The notes: a model not told the origin generated them from the sequence alone. A DNA stretch of 64,000 nt from an uncultured Planctomycetaceae bacterium (GCA_963833985.1 CAWIAD010000002.1:5664001-5728000), one strand, 5' to 3'; shown: positions 20,875-31,573, counted from the first letter of the stretch. Numbers and translations are program-made.

Positions 20875-21519
20875 GTGTTCTGGTGGATCGTCGGCGGTGT
20901 CGTGGTCCTGGTGCTGGTGTACCTGGGCTGGGCCTACAACCAGCTCGTCAGTCTCAACAAGCGCGCGGAGGGCGCCTGGAGCGACATCGACGTCCAGCTG
21001 AAGCGGCGCTGGGACCTGGTGCCGGCCCTTGTCGAGACGGTCAAGGGCTATGCACAGCATGAGTCGGGCACGCTGGAGAGCGTCGTGCTGGCGCGGTCGC
21101 GGGCCACGGAGGCCAGTTCTCCCAGCGAGCGCGGTCCGAGCGAGCGCAGTCTCTCCACGGCGGTCGGCCGGATCTTCGCGCTGGCCGAGGCATACCCCGA
21201 GCTCAAGGCCAGCCAGAACTTCCAGGAGCTTCAGAAGTCGCTGGTCGAGATCGAGAACAACGTGCAGTACGCCCGCCGCTATTACAACGCCGTGATTCGC
21301 GACCTGAATACCCTGGTCCAGAGCTTCCCTTCGAACCTGGTGGCATCGGCCCTGGGATTTGGCGAACGCAGCTACTTCCAGCTTGACGAGGCGGAGCGCG
21401 CGGTCCCACGGGTTGCACTGGAGCGCAATGCCGGAGCGGGTGCCGCGGCCGCGCAGGCCCCCGGGGTGAATGCGGGATCGGCCCACTCCCCCGGCGCAAA
21501 TCCCGGTCCATCCGCCTGA
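20875..21519 (+). CDS. lemA: LemA family protein
   Basis: AWSDIDVQLKRRWDLVP, AEAYPELKASQNF, ARRYYNAVIRDLN. Confidence 0.95.
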   Translation: MFWWIVGGVVVLVLVYLGWAYNQLVSLNKRAEGAWSDIDVQLKRRWDLVPALVETVKGYAQHESGTLESVVLARSRATEASSPSERGPSERSLSTAVGRIFALAEAYPELKASQNFQELQKSLVEIENNVQYARRYYNAVIRDLNTLVQSFPSNLVASALGFGERSYFQLDEAERAVPRVALERNAGAGAAAAQAPGVNAGSAHSPGANPGPSA

Positions 21520-21544
21520 ATCACGCCGAGGGAGGAGACGAACG

Positions 21545-23326
21545 TTGAAACGGTCGCACGCCCTGGGGCTCATGCTGAGCCTGGTTGCCTGGTGCGCTCT
21601 GGGCCATGCTCGGGCCCGAGCCGACAGTGGCTGGTCGATTCGCAATTTCGATGTCCAGCTCGTCATCCACGAGGACGCCAGCCTCGAGGTCACCGAGACG
21701 ATCGACGCCGATTTCTCGACCCCCAAGCATGGGATTCTCCGTGAGATGCCGGTGAGCTATGCCGTGGGGATGCACCAGTACGCGCTGCGGGTCCGGCTCC
21801 GGGGGGTCGATGATGGCGAAGGCAGGAGCTACGAAACCTCGGTGTCGTACGAGGAAAACCTCATGAGAATCCGGATCGGCAGCCCCGAATACACGGTCCA
21901 GGGGCTGAAGCGATACCGTCTGCGTTACCAGGTGGAGCGGGCGATCCTCTGGGAGGGCAACCATGCCTGGGAGAAAGGCAACTACGCCGTTCTGCGTTGG
22001 AATGCCACGGGCACGGAATGGCAGGTGCCCATCGCCGCGTCCCGCGTGACCGTTCGCCTGCCGCGCGACCTGAACGACTTCGAGCTCAGCTCCGATGCCT
22101 GGACCGGCTACTACGGAGCGCGCGGGAAGAACTTCACGAAAACCGTGATCGATGCGCGAACGGTGGAGTTCAAGACCGGCCCGTTGCAGCCGCGCGAGGG
22201 GATCACGGTGGAGGTCACGATGCCGGCGGACGCCGTCGCCCGCCCCGGCTGGAGCAAGGAGCTGCGCTGGTGGCTGGTTGATAACTTTCCCTACGCCGTC
22301 TTCCCCGCGGCCCTGGCAGGCTGCGTCCTCGCCTGGTATTTCCGCGGCCGCGACCTGCCCGGCACCGGCACCATCGTGGTCAACTACGAGGCGCCCGAGG
22401 GGCTCACGCCCGCCGAGGTGGGTACGCTCGTCGACGAGCAGGTCGATCTCCGCGACATCTCGGCCACGATCATCGACCTGGCGGTCCGCGGCTACCTGAA
22501 GATCGAGGAGGTCGCCTCGGGTTCGTGGCTCTCCTCGGGGAGCGATTACCGCTTCATCAAGCTCAAGGAGCCGCAAGGCCTGAAGAACTTCGAGCAGAAG
22601 CTGTTCGACAAGATCTTTGGCGGCAAGGCGAGCGTGACCCTGAGCGACCTGGCCGAAAAGTTCTACCCGGTGCTGCCCCAGGTGAAGAAGGACCTGTACC
22701 GCGGCCTGAGCAAGCAGGGCTTCTTCGACGGCAATCCGGAGGCCGTCCGCGGCAGTTCGCTGGTGCTGGGAATCCTGCTGGTTGCCGCCCTGCTCGCCGC
22801 CCTGTGCGCGATCCAGTACGCGCTCATTGGCCGGGTCTTCCTCCTGCCGGTGGTGATTGCCGGCATCCTCTCGGTGATCACGGTCGCAGTCACCAGCCGG
22901 GTGATGCCGCGCAAGACGCGGAAGGGACGGATCGCCTGGGAGAAGATCGCCGGACTCCAGGAGTACATCCGCCGGGCCGAGGTCGACGATCTCCAGCAAA
23001 GCGAGCGGCAGGGCGTGTTCGAGCGGCTCTTACCGTACGCCATCATCTTCGGGCTGTCGAAGCGGTGGGGCAAGGCGTTCACCGATCTGTACCGCCAGCC
23101 GCCGGACTGGTACCAGCCCGCCCGGCCGATGGACTTCTCCACCTGGGTACTGGTCAACGACCTCGATCGCTCCCTCTGGATGATGAACCAGACCTTTCCC
23201 ACCCAGCCGCGGGTGCAGATCGACACCGGCAGTGGCGGGGGCGGCTACAACTGGTCAAGCGGCGGCTTCGGGGGCGGGGGCTCCAGCGGTGGCGGCTTCG
23301 GCGGAGGCGGAGGAAGCTCATGGTGA
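21545..23326 (+). CDS. DUF2207 domain membrane protein
   Basis: Follows lemA; WNATGTEW, FERLLPYAIIFG, Gly-rich GGFGGGGGSSW terminus. Confidence 0.9.
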   Translation: MKRSHALGLMLSLVAWCALGHARARADSGWSIRNFDVQLVIHEDASLEVTETIDADFSTPKHGILREMPVSYAVGMHQYALRVRLRGVDDGEGRSYETSVSYEENLMRIRIGSPEYTVQGLKRYRLRYQVERAILWEGNHAWEKGNYAVLRWNATGTEWQVPIAASRVTVRLPRDLNDFELSSDAWTGYYGARGKNFTKTVIDARTVEFKTGPLQPREGITVEVTMPADAVARPGWSKELRWWLVDNFPYAVFPAALAGCVLAWYFRGRDLPGTGTIVVNYEAPEGLTPAEVGTLVDEQVDLRDISATIIDLAVRGYLKIEEVASGSWLSSGSDYRFIKLKEPQGLKNFEQKLFDKIFGGKASVTLSDLAEKFYPVLPQVKKDLYRGLSKQGFFDGNPEAVRGSSLVLGILLVAALLAALCAIQYALIGRVFLLPVVIAGILSVITVAVTSRVMPRKTRKGRIAWEKIAGLQEYIRRAEVDDLQQSERQGVFERLLPYAIIFGLSKRWGKAFTDLYRQPPDWYQPARPMDFSTWVLVNDLDRSLWMMNQTFPTQPRVQIDTGSGGGGYNWSSGGFGGGGSSGGGFGGGGGSSW

Positions 23327-24789
23327 TTCATGGAACCCTGGCACTGGTCCTCGCCATCGCGGCTGCCTCGCAAGCCGGCTCGCAGGGCGACTCCGTCGCA
23401 CCGCCTCAGCCTTACGGGCCGGTCCCCAGCGCCCGGCAACTGCGCTGGCATGAGCTGGAGACTTACGCATTCTTGCACTTCAGCGTGAACACGTTCACCG
23501 ACAAGGAATGGGGTTATGGCGACGAGTCGCCGGCGGTCTTTCAACCGGCCGACTTCGACGCCGAGCAGATCGTCGGCGCGCTCCAGGCCGCCGGTCTGAA
23601 GGGAGCGGTGTTGACCTGCAAGCACCACGACGGCTTTTGCCTCTGGCCCAGCAAGTATACCGAGCACTCGGTGCGGCAGAGCCCGTGGAAGGACGGCAAG
23701 GGGGACGTCGTGCGTGAGATCTCGGACGCCTGCCGGCGGCACGGGCTGAGGTTCGGCGTCTACCTCTCTCCCTGGGATCGCAACCACAAGGACTACGGCA
23801 AGCCCGAGTACATCGCTTACTACCGCAACCAGCTCCGCGAGTTGCTTACCGCCTATGGACCGATCTTCGAGGTCTGGTTCGATGGTGCCAACGGCGGTGA
23901 TGGCTATTACGGCGGTGCCCGGACCACGCGCCGCATCGACCCTCGCACCTACTACGACTGGGAGAACACGTGGAAGCTCGTCCGCGAGCTCCAGCCCGAC
24001 GCCTGCATCTTCAGCGATATCGGCCCCGACGCGCGGTGGGTCGGCAACGAGTCGGGCGTGGCCGGCGATCCCTGCTGGTCCACCTTCAGCCCCGAGAAGT
24101 TCGCCATCGGTGCGACGCCGGGCGCGGCGCTCAATCGCGGCGAGCGCCACGGCAGCCGCTGGCTCCCCGCGGAGGTCGACGTCTCGATCCGCCCTGGCTG
24201 GTTCTATCATCCCCGTGAAGACGGCTCGGTGATGCCGGTATCAAGGTTGAACCGGCTCTATCTCGAATCGGTTGGCCGGGGCTGCAACCTGATCCTCAAC
24301 GTACCGCCCGACCGGCGGGGCCGCATCCACGAGAACGATGCTCAGGTGCTCCGCGCCTGGGGCCAGGCACGCGCCACGCACTTCGCCGCCGACCGGGCAC
24401 GCGAGGCCAGGGCGACGGCGAGCTCAACCCGCGGTGACGCTCCCCGGTTCAAGGCCGGCAACCTGGTCGATGGCAAGCAGGAGACCTACTGGACCAGCGA
24501 CGACAAGGTGAAGACGCCCGAGCTGATTCTCGAGTTCCCCCGGCCGGCGACCTTCGACACGATCCGGCTCCGGGAGCACCTGCCGCTGGGCCAGCGCATC
24601 GAGGGGTTCGCCGTCGACGCCGAGACCGCGGGCGGCTGGCAGCAGATTGCCTCCGGAACGAGCATCGGCAGCCAGCGGATCATGGTCGTGCCTCCGGTCT
24701 CGACGACCCGCGTGCGGCTGCGGATCACCCGGGCCCCGGTGTGTCCGGCGCTCTCGGAGCTGAGCCTCTTCGACGGCCGTGCCCGTTGA
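23320..24789 (+). CDS. Alpha-L-fucosidase (GH29)
   Basis: LTCKHHDGFCLWPS, GVYLSPWD, EVWFDGA, EVDVSIRPGWFYH; C-terminal F5/8-like domain. Confidence 0.95.
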   Translation: MVIHGTLALVLAIAAASQAGSQGDSVAPPQPYGPVPSARQLRWHELETYAFLHFSVNTFTDKEWGYGDESPAVFQPADFDAEQIVGALQAAGLKGAVLTCKHHDGFCLWPSKYTEHSVRQSPWKDGKGDVVREISDACRRHGLRFGVYLSPWDRNHKDYGKPEYIAYYRNQLRELLTAYGPIFEVWFDGANGGDGYYGGARTTRRIDPRTYYDWENTWKLVRELQPDACIFSDIGPDARWVGNESGVAGDPCWSTFSPEKFAIGATPGAALNRGERHGSRWLPAEVDVSIRPGWFYHPREDGSVMPVSRLNRLYLESVGRGCNLILNVPPDRRGRIHENDAQVLRAWGQARATHFAADRAREARATASSTRGDAPRFKAGNLVDGKQETYWTSDDKVKTPELILEFPRPATFDTIRLREHLPLGQRIEGFAVDAETAGGWQQIASGTSIGSQRIMVVPPVSTTRVRLRITRAPVCPALSELSLFDGRAR

Positions 24790-24973
24790 GCTGCACGCCC
24801 GGCCCTGCTCTACCCGTCACGTCAGGCGCCGTCGATACCTTTCCCGACATGGGGCTTGGGACGACCCGTGGGATGCCCTAGACTGGACAGGTCGTGCCTG
24901 GCTCGGCACCACCGACGATCGCGCGGAAGCCGGGCGAACTGATCGCTATTTCCAGAGTTCACGGAGTTGGTAC

Positions 24974-26557
24974 ATGCGTCGTACTGTCAAATGCAAGCGA
25001 TGGTGCCGGGCCCACTGCGCCTGGGCGCTGGCTCTTGTCACGATCCTGGCTGGAGCATGGTGTCCGGCCCGAGCCGATGTGAAGCTGCCGGCCCTCTTCA
25101 GCGACCACATGGTGCTTCAGCGCGATCAGAACGACCGCGTCTGGGGCTGGGCCGATCCTGGAGAGGAGGTGACGGTCGCCATCAACGGTCAGACGAAGAC
25201 GGCCACCGCCGGCGCCGATGGGAAGTGGCAGGTCACGCTCGACCCGCTCCCCACGGGCGGCCCCTACACGCTGACCGTCAAGGGCAAGAACACGTTGACG
25301 TTGAACGACGTTCTGGCGGGCGAGGTCTGGATCTGCTCGGGCCAGTCAAACATGCAATGGCCGGTCGCCGCTTCCCGTGATGGAGACCTGGAGACCCGCG
25401 CGGCGAACTATCCCGGCATCCGCCTCATCTCCGTGCCCAACCGCGGCACCCAGGAACCACAAAAGGACTTCCACGGCAAGTGGTCGGTCTGCTCGCCGCA
25501 GACCGTCGGCGGGTTCTCGGCGGTGGGGTATCTGTTCGGTCGAATGCTCCACCAGACGCTCGGCGTTCCCATCGGCCTGATCAACGATTCCTGGGGCGGA
25601 TCAGCCTGCGAGGCGTGGATTCCCCGCGAGACCCTGGCTGCTGACCCGGAATACAAACCGCTCATGGAGCACTGGGAGCAGATCGAGAAGAATTACGAGA
25701 AGAGCAAGCAGGCGCACGACGAGTGGCGGGCGGCTGCCACGAAGGCCAGAGCCGAGGGCAAGCAACCGCCCCGTGAACCGCGCAATGCCCAGGGCGATAT
25801 GACCGGCAACGCCCGCCCCGGCAACATCTTCAACGGCGTACTTCTACCCACGATCGGCTACGGCATCCGCGGGGTGATCTGGTACCAGGGCGAAACCAAC
25901 TCCGGCGGCGCCTACCAGTACCGCGACCTCTTCCCGCTCATGATCAAGACCTGGCGCGACCTCTGGGGCCAGGGAGACTTCTCATTCTACTGGGTCCAGC
26001 TTGCCGACTTCATGAACGAGCGTTCTGAGCCGGCAGAAAGCGCGTGGGCCGAGCTGCGCGAGGCCCAGACCATGACCATGAAGAAGCTCCCACATACCGG
26101 CGAGGCCGTGATCATCGACATCGGCGAGGGCAAGGACATCCACCCGCGCAACAAGATGGACGTCGCCAAGCGCCTGGTGCGCTGGGCGCTGGCCAGGGAT
26201 TACGGCATCGCAGTCCCCTGCCAGAGCCCGACCTATTCGTCGATGGAAAAGCAGGGCAACCGGATCGTGCTCTCGTTCGATCATGTGGACGGTGGTTTTC
26301 GTCCCTTCGACGTCAACGAACCGCGCGGATTTGCCATTGCCGGGTCGGACCACAAGTTCGTCAAGGCTCAAGCCAGGATCGTGGGTGGTGACAGGAAGAA
26401 GATCGAGGTCTGGTCTGACGATGTTTCCGAGCCGGTCGCCGTGCGCTACGCCTGGGCCGATAACCCGGTCTGCAACCTCTACAGCGCCGCCGGCTTGCCC
26501 ACGACGCCGTTCCGTACCGACGACTGGCCAGGCGTCACCATCAACAACAAGCAATAG
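24974..26557 (+). CDS. Sialate O-acetylesterase
   Basis: FSDHMVLQR, GEVWICSGQSNM, GVIWYQGE, DIHPRNK, AVRYAW. Confidence 0.95.
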   Translation: MRRTVKCKRWCRAHCAWALALVTILAGAWCPARADVKLPALFSDHMVLQRDQNDRVWGWADPGEEVTVAINGQTKTATAGADGKWQVTLDPLPTGGPYTLTVKGKNTLTLNDVLAGEVWICSGQSNMQWPVAASRDGDLETRAANYPGIRLISVPNRGTQEPQKDFHGKWSVCSPQTVGGFSAVGYLFGRMLHQTLGVPIGLINDSWGGSACEAWIPRETLAADPEYKPLMEHWEQIEKNYEKSKQAHDEWRAAATKARAEGKQPPREPRNAQGDMTGNARPGNIFNGVLLPTIGYGIRGVIWYQGETNSGGAYQYRDLFPLMIKTWRDLWGQGDFSFYWVQLADFMNERSEPAESAWAELREAQTMTMKKLPHTGEAVIIDIGEGKDIHPRNKMDVAKRLVRWALARDYGIAVPCQSPTYSSMEKQGNRIVLSFDHVDGGFRPFDVNEPRGFAIAGSDHKFVKAQARIVGGDRKKIEVWSDDVSEPVAVRYAWADNPVCNLYSAAGLPTTPFRTDDWPGVTINNKQ

Positions 26558-27004
26558 GGTTTGCGCAGTCTCGCTCGTCGCACCGAGACGTTCGCCGCAC
26601 GCGCGAAGCTTGGAGGGCAGCCTTTCGGAGGCTTCCTCCAAGCTTCTCTTGTTGGCCGTGTCTGACCTTTCCGGGACCTGGCAATGGAATATCAGCCACT
26701 TGAGATTCAGGGCTCAAATGCAGGGGACCCGGACAATGGACGCGACCCGAACCAGACGCAGACGTGATCGTGCCCGGCAGACATGGTACGCGAAGCATCG
26801 CCAGTGGCGCTTCGCCCGCTTCCTGGGCTTCCCGGCCCCGGCGCCGTTCGCTGGTTCAGGGCAAAAGCTGGCTGCTCCGAGGTCCTGAAGAGACCTCGAT
26901 CTCGGAATGGATGAGAGCCGAGTATCGATGTAGAATGGAACGACCGGAACTGATGCACCTGGCGAGGTCCTTTTGTCTCTGTCCCTCTCGCGCAAATCAT
27001 CTCC

Positions 27005-27199
27005 GCTCAGCGGGCTCTCCACGGAATTGACTCTCTTCCTCGCACCGAGGCAGAGGCATTGAGCGTGCACGCCCTGCCAAGAGTTCACAAGGACTCTTTC
27101 GACCGCATGCTGATCTGTCAGGCGGTTGCCAACGGCCTTGACCTTTTGACCCCCGATCGCTGGATCCGGCAATATCCGGGTGTTCGTGTGCAGTGGTGA
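27005..27199 (+). pseudogene. VapC/PIN toxin C-terminal remnant
   Basis: Manual translation AQRALHGIDSLP...LPRVHKDSFDRMLICQAVANGLDLLTPDRWIRQYPGVRVQW*. Confidence 0.75.
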
Positions 27200-27248
27200 G
27201 TCGCCCCGAGTCGACCGAACCAACCGAACCGGGTGAGCCAATCAGGGA

Positions 27249-27457
27249 TCAATGGAAGAAATGGCGGACGAGGCCCCGGAAGTCGCCCAGGAGATTGGGA
27301 ATCGCCAGTTCGTCTTCTGAAGCAGGGATGCGTGTGGTTCCGTTGCCCCGTTGCCATTCAGGCCGGCTCCGGCGGTCGTGGTCACGTCGATCCCACGCCT
27401 ACGAAGTCCGTCGGCGATCGCCGTATCGATATGTTCATCTAGGTGGAACCGGACCAT
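27249..27457 (-). pseudogene. DUF5615 PIN-like toxin N-terminal remnant, joined to an apparently unrelated (Uma2-like) C-terminal fragment
   Basis: MVRFHLDEHIDTAIADGLRRRGIDVTT breaks off near 27355; another frame gives SEDELAIPNLLGDFRGLVRHFFH*. Confidence 0.6.
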
Positions 27458-27770
27458 CAGGCTCATTCTCGGCGGCCCGTTCTCGCACGAGCCTGGACGG
27501 GACAGTCCGACGCATCTCGGCAATCAGATCCTGATCCTTTTGAATCTGTCGGTCGATCTCGTCTCGGTGGTCCCAGTAATAAGCGAGCGCCGCATAGGCA
27601 TTCGCCAGTGAAAGCTGGGTGAATCGGGAGACGATCTCGTCGGGAGTAACATCGTCGAGCTCATGCCAGGTATAGATTTCGTGCACGCGGATTCGGGTTC
27701 CGGCAATGCACGGCCTGCCACAGCAGACTCCAGGATCTGCCTCGATCTGATCGGCAATGGTCCGGCTCAC
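27435..27770 (-). CDS. DUF433 domain antitoxin
   Basis: IEADPGVCCGRPCIAGTRIRV...LSLANAYAALAYYWDHRDEI. Confidence 0.9.
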   Translation of the reverse strand: MSRTIADQIEADPGVCCGRPCIAGTRIRVHEIYTWHELDDVTPDEIVSRFTQLSLANAYAALAYYWDHRDEIDRQIQKDQDLIAEMRRTVPSRLVRERAAENEPDGPVPPR

Positions 27771-27801
27771 CTGCGGTAAGTCCCCCAAGTTCTCATTTCA
27801 T

Positions 27802-28250
27802 CTGTACTTTCCGCGATTTCGCTCCCTAACTTCGTGAGCTGATTCGGGTAGACGAATGCCGGTCCGGCCGGGACGATGTCGGTTAGCTGACCAAAACATC
27901 AACCCGGACGGAGCCGGCCATGACATCTTCGCACCAGGATGTGCCTGCATGCCAGTGGTTCTCGCGCCTCGCCGAATTCCTCGACCGCAGATCGGCTCCC
28001 AGACTGGCCTGGCTGTTCCTCGGGGCGGTCCTGGCCCGCGGGCGGAGGACCGTCACCAGCTGGATCCGAGCCGCTGGCCTGAGCAGCCAGTTTCGACCCT
28101 GCTACACGACGGTCGCGGCTGCCGGCAAGCAGGCCAAGAACATCGCCGCCCGCCTGGTCTGCGAGGTCGTCAAGCCCTTGGTTGCCAACCAGACGCGGCT
28201 CACCTTGGCGATCGACGACACGCCCACAGAGCGTTACGGGCCGCTGGTCC
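27802..28250 (+). mobile_element. Truncated IS701-family element (left end and transposase N-terminus 27920-28250)
   Basis: GRRTVTSWIRAAG, LAIDDTPTERYGP; putative left end CTGTACTTTCCG at 27802; cut at 28251 by the repeat element. Confidence 0.8.
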
Positions 28251-28740
28251 AAAGGCAGAAGAGGACAGGCGTTTGCTCCGCGCGGGCAAGGCGGTGATCT
28301 CGGCGAAGCTGGCCGGGATCCTGGATCGACTGGGGAGCAACGCGGGGAACTGGCAGGCGCGGCTGCTGAAGCGGGCGGGCGGCTGCTGGGACGGTTCTTC
28401 GCCACGAGCCGAGAACGGCTGCGGGACGTGGCTGGGCGGCTGGGCCGACATCACCTGGCGAACCTGGGCGGCTGCCCGGCACGGTGAGGCCGCGGCAAGA
28501 TGTGCGGCACATATCGATCCCAGATCCTGGTCGGGCTGACGCCCGAGGTTGGCGGCTGCGCCCGTCCGAACCACGCGCTCACGCACGTGGTCACTCACCA
28601 TGCTCGAGGCAGACAACCAGATCGCTGTGTGAGCGTCGCTACTGGTGTCGAGTGGCTACTGGGCCAGGTCGCCCGTGTGAACAGTCATCCGGGGCAACCC
28701 GACCCGCAGAACGCGTGGCTGAGTCGCCTGTCCTTTTTTT
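28251..28740 (+). mobile_element. Non-autonomous transposase-derived element, copy 1
   Basis: Starts AAAGGCAGAAGAGGACAGGC, ends GCCTGTCCTTTTTTT; carries a frameshifted protein C-terminus ...LANLGGCPAR* (stop 28487) plus about 250 bp of conserved non-coding tail. Confidence 0.75.
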
Positions 28741-28783
28741 CGGTCAGCCGAGTCGGAGCAGGCGCGTGGCCTCTTGCACCACG

Positions 28784-29740
28784 CTAGTTGCGTGGAGAAT
28801 ACCAGTCGAGCACGCGCAGGGCGCGAAGCGTATTCCAGCGGCTGGGCTTGCCTTCGCCGTCTTCCATGTCGAAGTGGACCTTCCCCGCGTGGGGGTTCTC
28901 GAGTGGCCATCGCCCGTCCCCGTCCCGCTTCTTCGCCACCAGTTCGATGGCCTCGGCGACGCGCTCGTCAGGCTCGACACCGGCTCTTCCCAGGTAGTCC
29001 AGACCCCAGAGGACGTCGTAGTGCCACCGGGTCGGGAACGACAGGCGGGTCCAGTCGGGATCGATCACCGCTCCGGTAGACCGCGACCGGAACATGCGAC
29101 GTTCCAGGAGGTACTCCTGTCCCCGCAGGCGAGCCTCCGTCACGGCAGTCGCGGGGCCTTTCGCCTTCTCGTAATCCAGTAACCCCTCGAGCACACAGAT
29201 CGTCGAGTGGAACGAGGACCGTTTGCTCTCTGGGGCATCGCAGTTCCAGCCGCCGTCCTCCAGCTGCTCATGGAGCAGACGATGGAGCAGACGATCGCTG
29301 GCCACCCCGAAGTACGCACCTGAGGCAAGAACCCTGCCATTGATACAGGGCTCGACCTCACCCTCGAAGAAGGGCGAATCGCCAAATTCTGGTCCCCACG
29401 TGCATCGGTCGCGAACGAGGCCGATCACCGTCCGGGCTCGCTCACTCGCCGGGTCCAACCCCAGATCCCTCAGCACCATGAGAGTTTCCATGGTGGAGCA
29501 CCAGCTCCGAGGAACGAATGAGCCGCCACCCCAGTGACCGTCTGGTCCCTGTAGGTCGAGGAGCCGCGAGCCCCAACCCTCGAAGGCCACCCGAGACCGC
29601 TCGGGGGCAACGTCCTCCGGCCCCGCGTCCGTGAGGTCGCGCAGGACCTGCCAGCGGATCGAAGGATCCGAATCCATGAGCCAGGGGATGACCGTTCCTG
29701 TCGTCTCCGCGACTTCCCCCTCGGTCATTCTGTTCGGCAT
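28784..29740 (-). CDS. Prenyltransferase/squalene cyclase-like alpha-barrel hypothetical protein
   Basis: WLMDSDPSIRWQV, EPCING, QLEDGGWNC, SSFHSTICVLEGL, PSRWNTLRALRVL. Confidence 0.8.
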   Translation of the reverse strand: MPNRMTEGEVAETTGTVIPWLMDSDPSIRWQVLRDLTDAGPEDVAPERSRVAFEGWGSRLLDLQGPDGHWGGGSFVPRSWCSTMETLMVLRDLGLDPASERARTVIGLVRDRCTWGPEFGDSPFFEGEVEPCINGRVLASGAYFGVASDRLLHRLLHEQLEDGGWNCDAPESKRSSFHSTICVLEGLLDYEKAKGPATAVTEARLRGQEYLLERRMFRSRSTGAVIDPDWTRLSFPTRWHYDVLWGLDYLGRAGVEPDERVAEAIELVAKKRDGDGRWPLENPHAGKVHFDMEDGEGKPSRWNTLRALRVLDWYSPRN

Positions 29741-29976
29741 ATGCTGTCGCCTCCGAGTTTCAGGTGCACAGAAGTTACTGCCGGCTCCTCCCCGCACACG
29801 ATCGCCTGGCATCGTAAATCAAGGGCCGGGTCGATGGGGGGCGAGTGGGGTGGGGGCAACTGGGCCGGCTCGCTCGGCCCGCAGAGCCACGGCGAACGAA
29901 ATACGGTTCATGGTAATATATAATTTTAAGGCTTCGAATCCTTCCGGCAGCAGGGCGATGAATGGTTCTACTACGG

Positions 29977-30468
29977 TTAGCGCTTGCGGAGCGACATGTC
30001 GAGTTCCTGAATCCTTGGTATCTGGTCCTGAATCTCCTTCGCCTCTGCGACCAGCGAAGCTGCCGCCATAGGTCCCTTATCCAGAGTCAACCCAGCAAGC
30101 GTTGTAGCCAGTCTCGCCCAGTGTATGTTCATTATCACGTCCTTGCTGGACGAGGGATTTGAGATGCGATCGACACCCAATTCCTTTGCGACCTTCGCGC
30201 AGCGAGTGCAGAACTCGACGTATTCGATGACTTCGGGGTCTTCGATCTTAGTTGTGTCGATGCTCTTCAGCACTTCGATCGCGGCATCCCATGTCCCGAC
30301 CCTGGTAGCACCTGTCGCGCGAATGAATGCGGCGTGGTCTGGGCTTGGTTTCTCCCTCTCCACTGAGGGCGGAACAGCCGGCGAAGTCGGGGACGAGTCA
30401 ACTCTCTGCGAACATCCAGTTGAACCGAGCAGAGCAATCCCAATTATGAACAGAGAGTTTATGTGCAT
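29977..30468 (-). CDS. Hypothetical lipoprotein (low GC)
   Basis: IIGIALLGSTGC lipobox-like signal; composition distinct from the backbone. Confidence 0.6.
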   Translation of the reverse strand: MHINSLFIIGIALLGSTGCSQRVDSSPTSPAVPPSVEREKPSPDHAAFIRATGATRVGTWDAAIEVLKSIDTTKIEDPEVIEYVEFCTRCAKVAKELGVDRISNPSSSKDVIMNIHWARLATTLAGLTLDKGPMAAASLVAEAKEIQDQIPRIQELDMSLRKR

Positions 30469-30700
30469 TGACGCTTGCCCCCAGCTCGAGATGCTTGCCC
30501 GAAGAGCTACCAAACTTGTTCGATTCTAACCACTCACGGTGCAACGTACATGGGCACGCGGGGTTCGCACCCTAAGAAAGACTAAAAACGACATACAATG
30601 CACTGTTGTCCCGCCAGGTGCACTTGGTAGCCCGTGTGCACATTGGGCTACTGGCCGGGGTCGCAGAGAAAACTAAGAACTCGGTCTGCCCCCGTAGATG

Positions 30701-31001
30701 ACCTGGGCGGCTGCCCGGCACGGTGAGGCCGCGGCAAGATGTGCGGCACATATCGATCCCAGATCCTGGTCGGGCTGACGCCCGAGGTTGGCGACTGCGC
30801 CCGTCCGAACCACGCGCTCACGCACGTGGTCACTCACCATGCTCGAGGCAGACAACCTGATCGTTGTGTGAGCGTCGCTACTGCTGTCGAGTGGCTACGG
30901 GCGCTACTGGGCCGGGTCGCCCCGAGTGAACCAATCACCCGGGGCAACTCGACCCGCAGAACGCGTGGCTGAGTGGCCTGTCCTTTCTTTGTCCTACTGT
31001 C
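30701..31001 (+). mobile_element. Non-autonomous element, copy 2 (5'-truncated)
   Basis: Highly similar to 28462-28740; ends GCCTGTCCTTTCTTTGTCCTACTGTC directly against the toxin stop codon. Confidence 0.75.
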
Positions 31002-31295
31002 TTACGAGCTTTCCGGTTCATCGGGTATCTGGGCACCGTGCCAGAGAGCGACAATCCAGACCTTGTCGTCTCGAACGCGATAGAAGAATCGGTAAGACTT
31101 GATGTAGACCTCGCGGTAGGGAAGTTCGGGAAACTCCGTGACGGCCGTACCCGAACTGGGGAGGCGAGCCAACCGCTTGAGCGCTCTTGCCGTCTGTTGC
31201 TGGAACTGCCGGGCGGCGGCGCGGTTGTTTCGTCGAATCAGTTCGACGGCGGAGAGAAACTGCGCCCGCGCCAAGGGAGTGAATAAGACCTCCAC
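31002..31295 (-). CDS. RelE/ParE family type II toxin
   Basis: EVLFTPLARAQF...YREVYIKSYRFFYRV...IVALWHGAQ. Confidence 0.9.
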   Translation of the reverse strand: MEVLFTPLARAQFLSAVELIRRNNRAAARQFQQQTARALKRLARLPSSGTAVTEFPELPYREVYIKSYRFFYRVRDDKVWIVALWHGAQIPDEPESS

Positions 31296-31297
31296 GC

Positions 31298-31573
31298 CTA
31301 ACCTTCCGAGACGAGGGCGTCGGCTTCGGCCAGCACTTCCTCGAGGGAGTGGCCACCCCCGGTCGCGATCTCCTTCTCTCCCCTGGCCAGCAAGAGAAGG
31401 AGTTCGCGCTGCGCTTCGGACCGTTCATAGGCGTCGAGACTCATCAGCACGGCCGTCGCACGCCCGCGCTGGGTAATGAACATCGGTTCGTTCGAGTCCT
31501 TCACGTTCTTCAAAACGCGAGCCGCGTCCTGCCTCAGGTCGGACACCGGAACGATCGCGGGAACTCTGGCCAT
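31298..31573 (-). CDS. Phd/YefM family antitoxin
   Basis: IVPVSDLRQDAARVL...PMFITQRGRATAVLMSLDAYE. Confidence 0.92.
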   Translation of the reverse strand: MARVPAIVPVSDLRQDAARVLKNVKDSNEPMFITQRGRATAVLMSLDAYERSEAQRELLLLLARGEKEIATGGGHSLEEVLAEADALVSEG

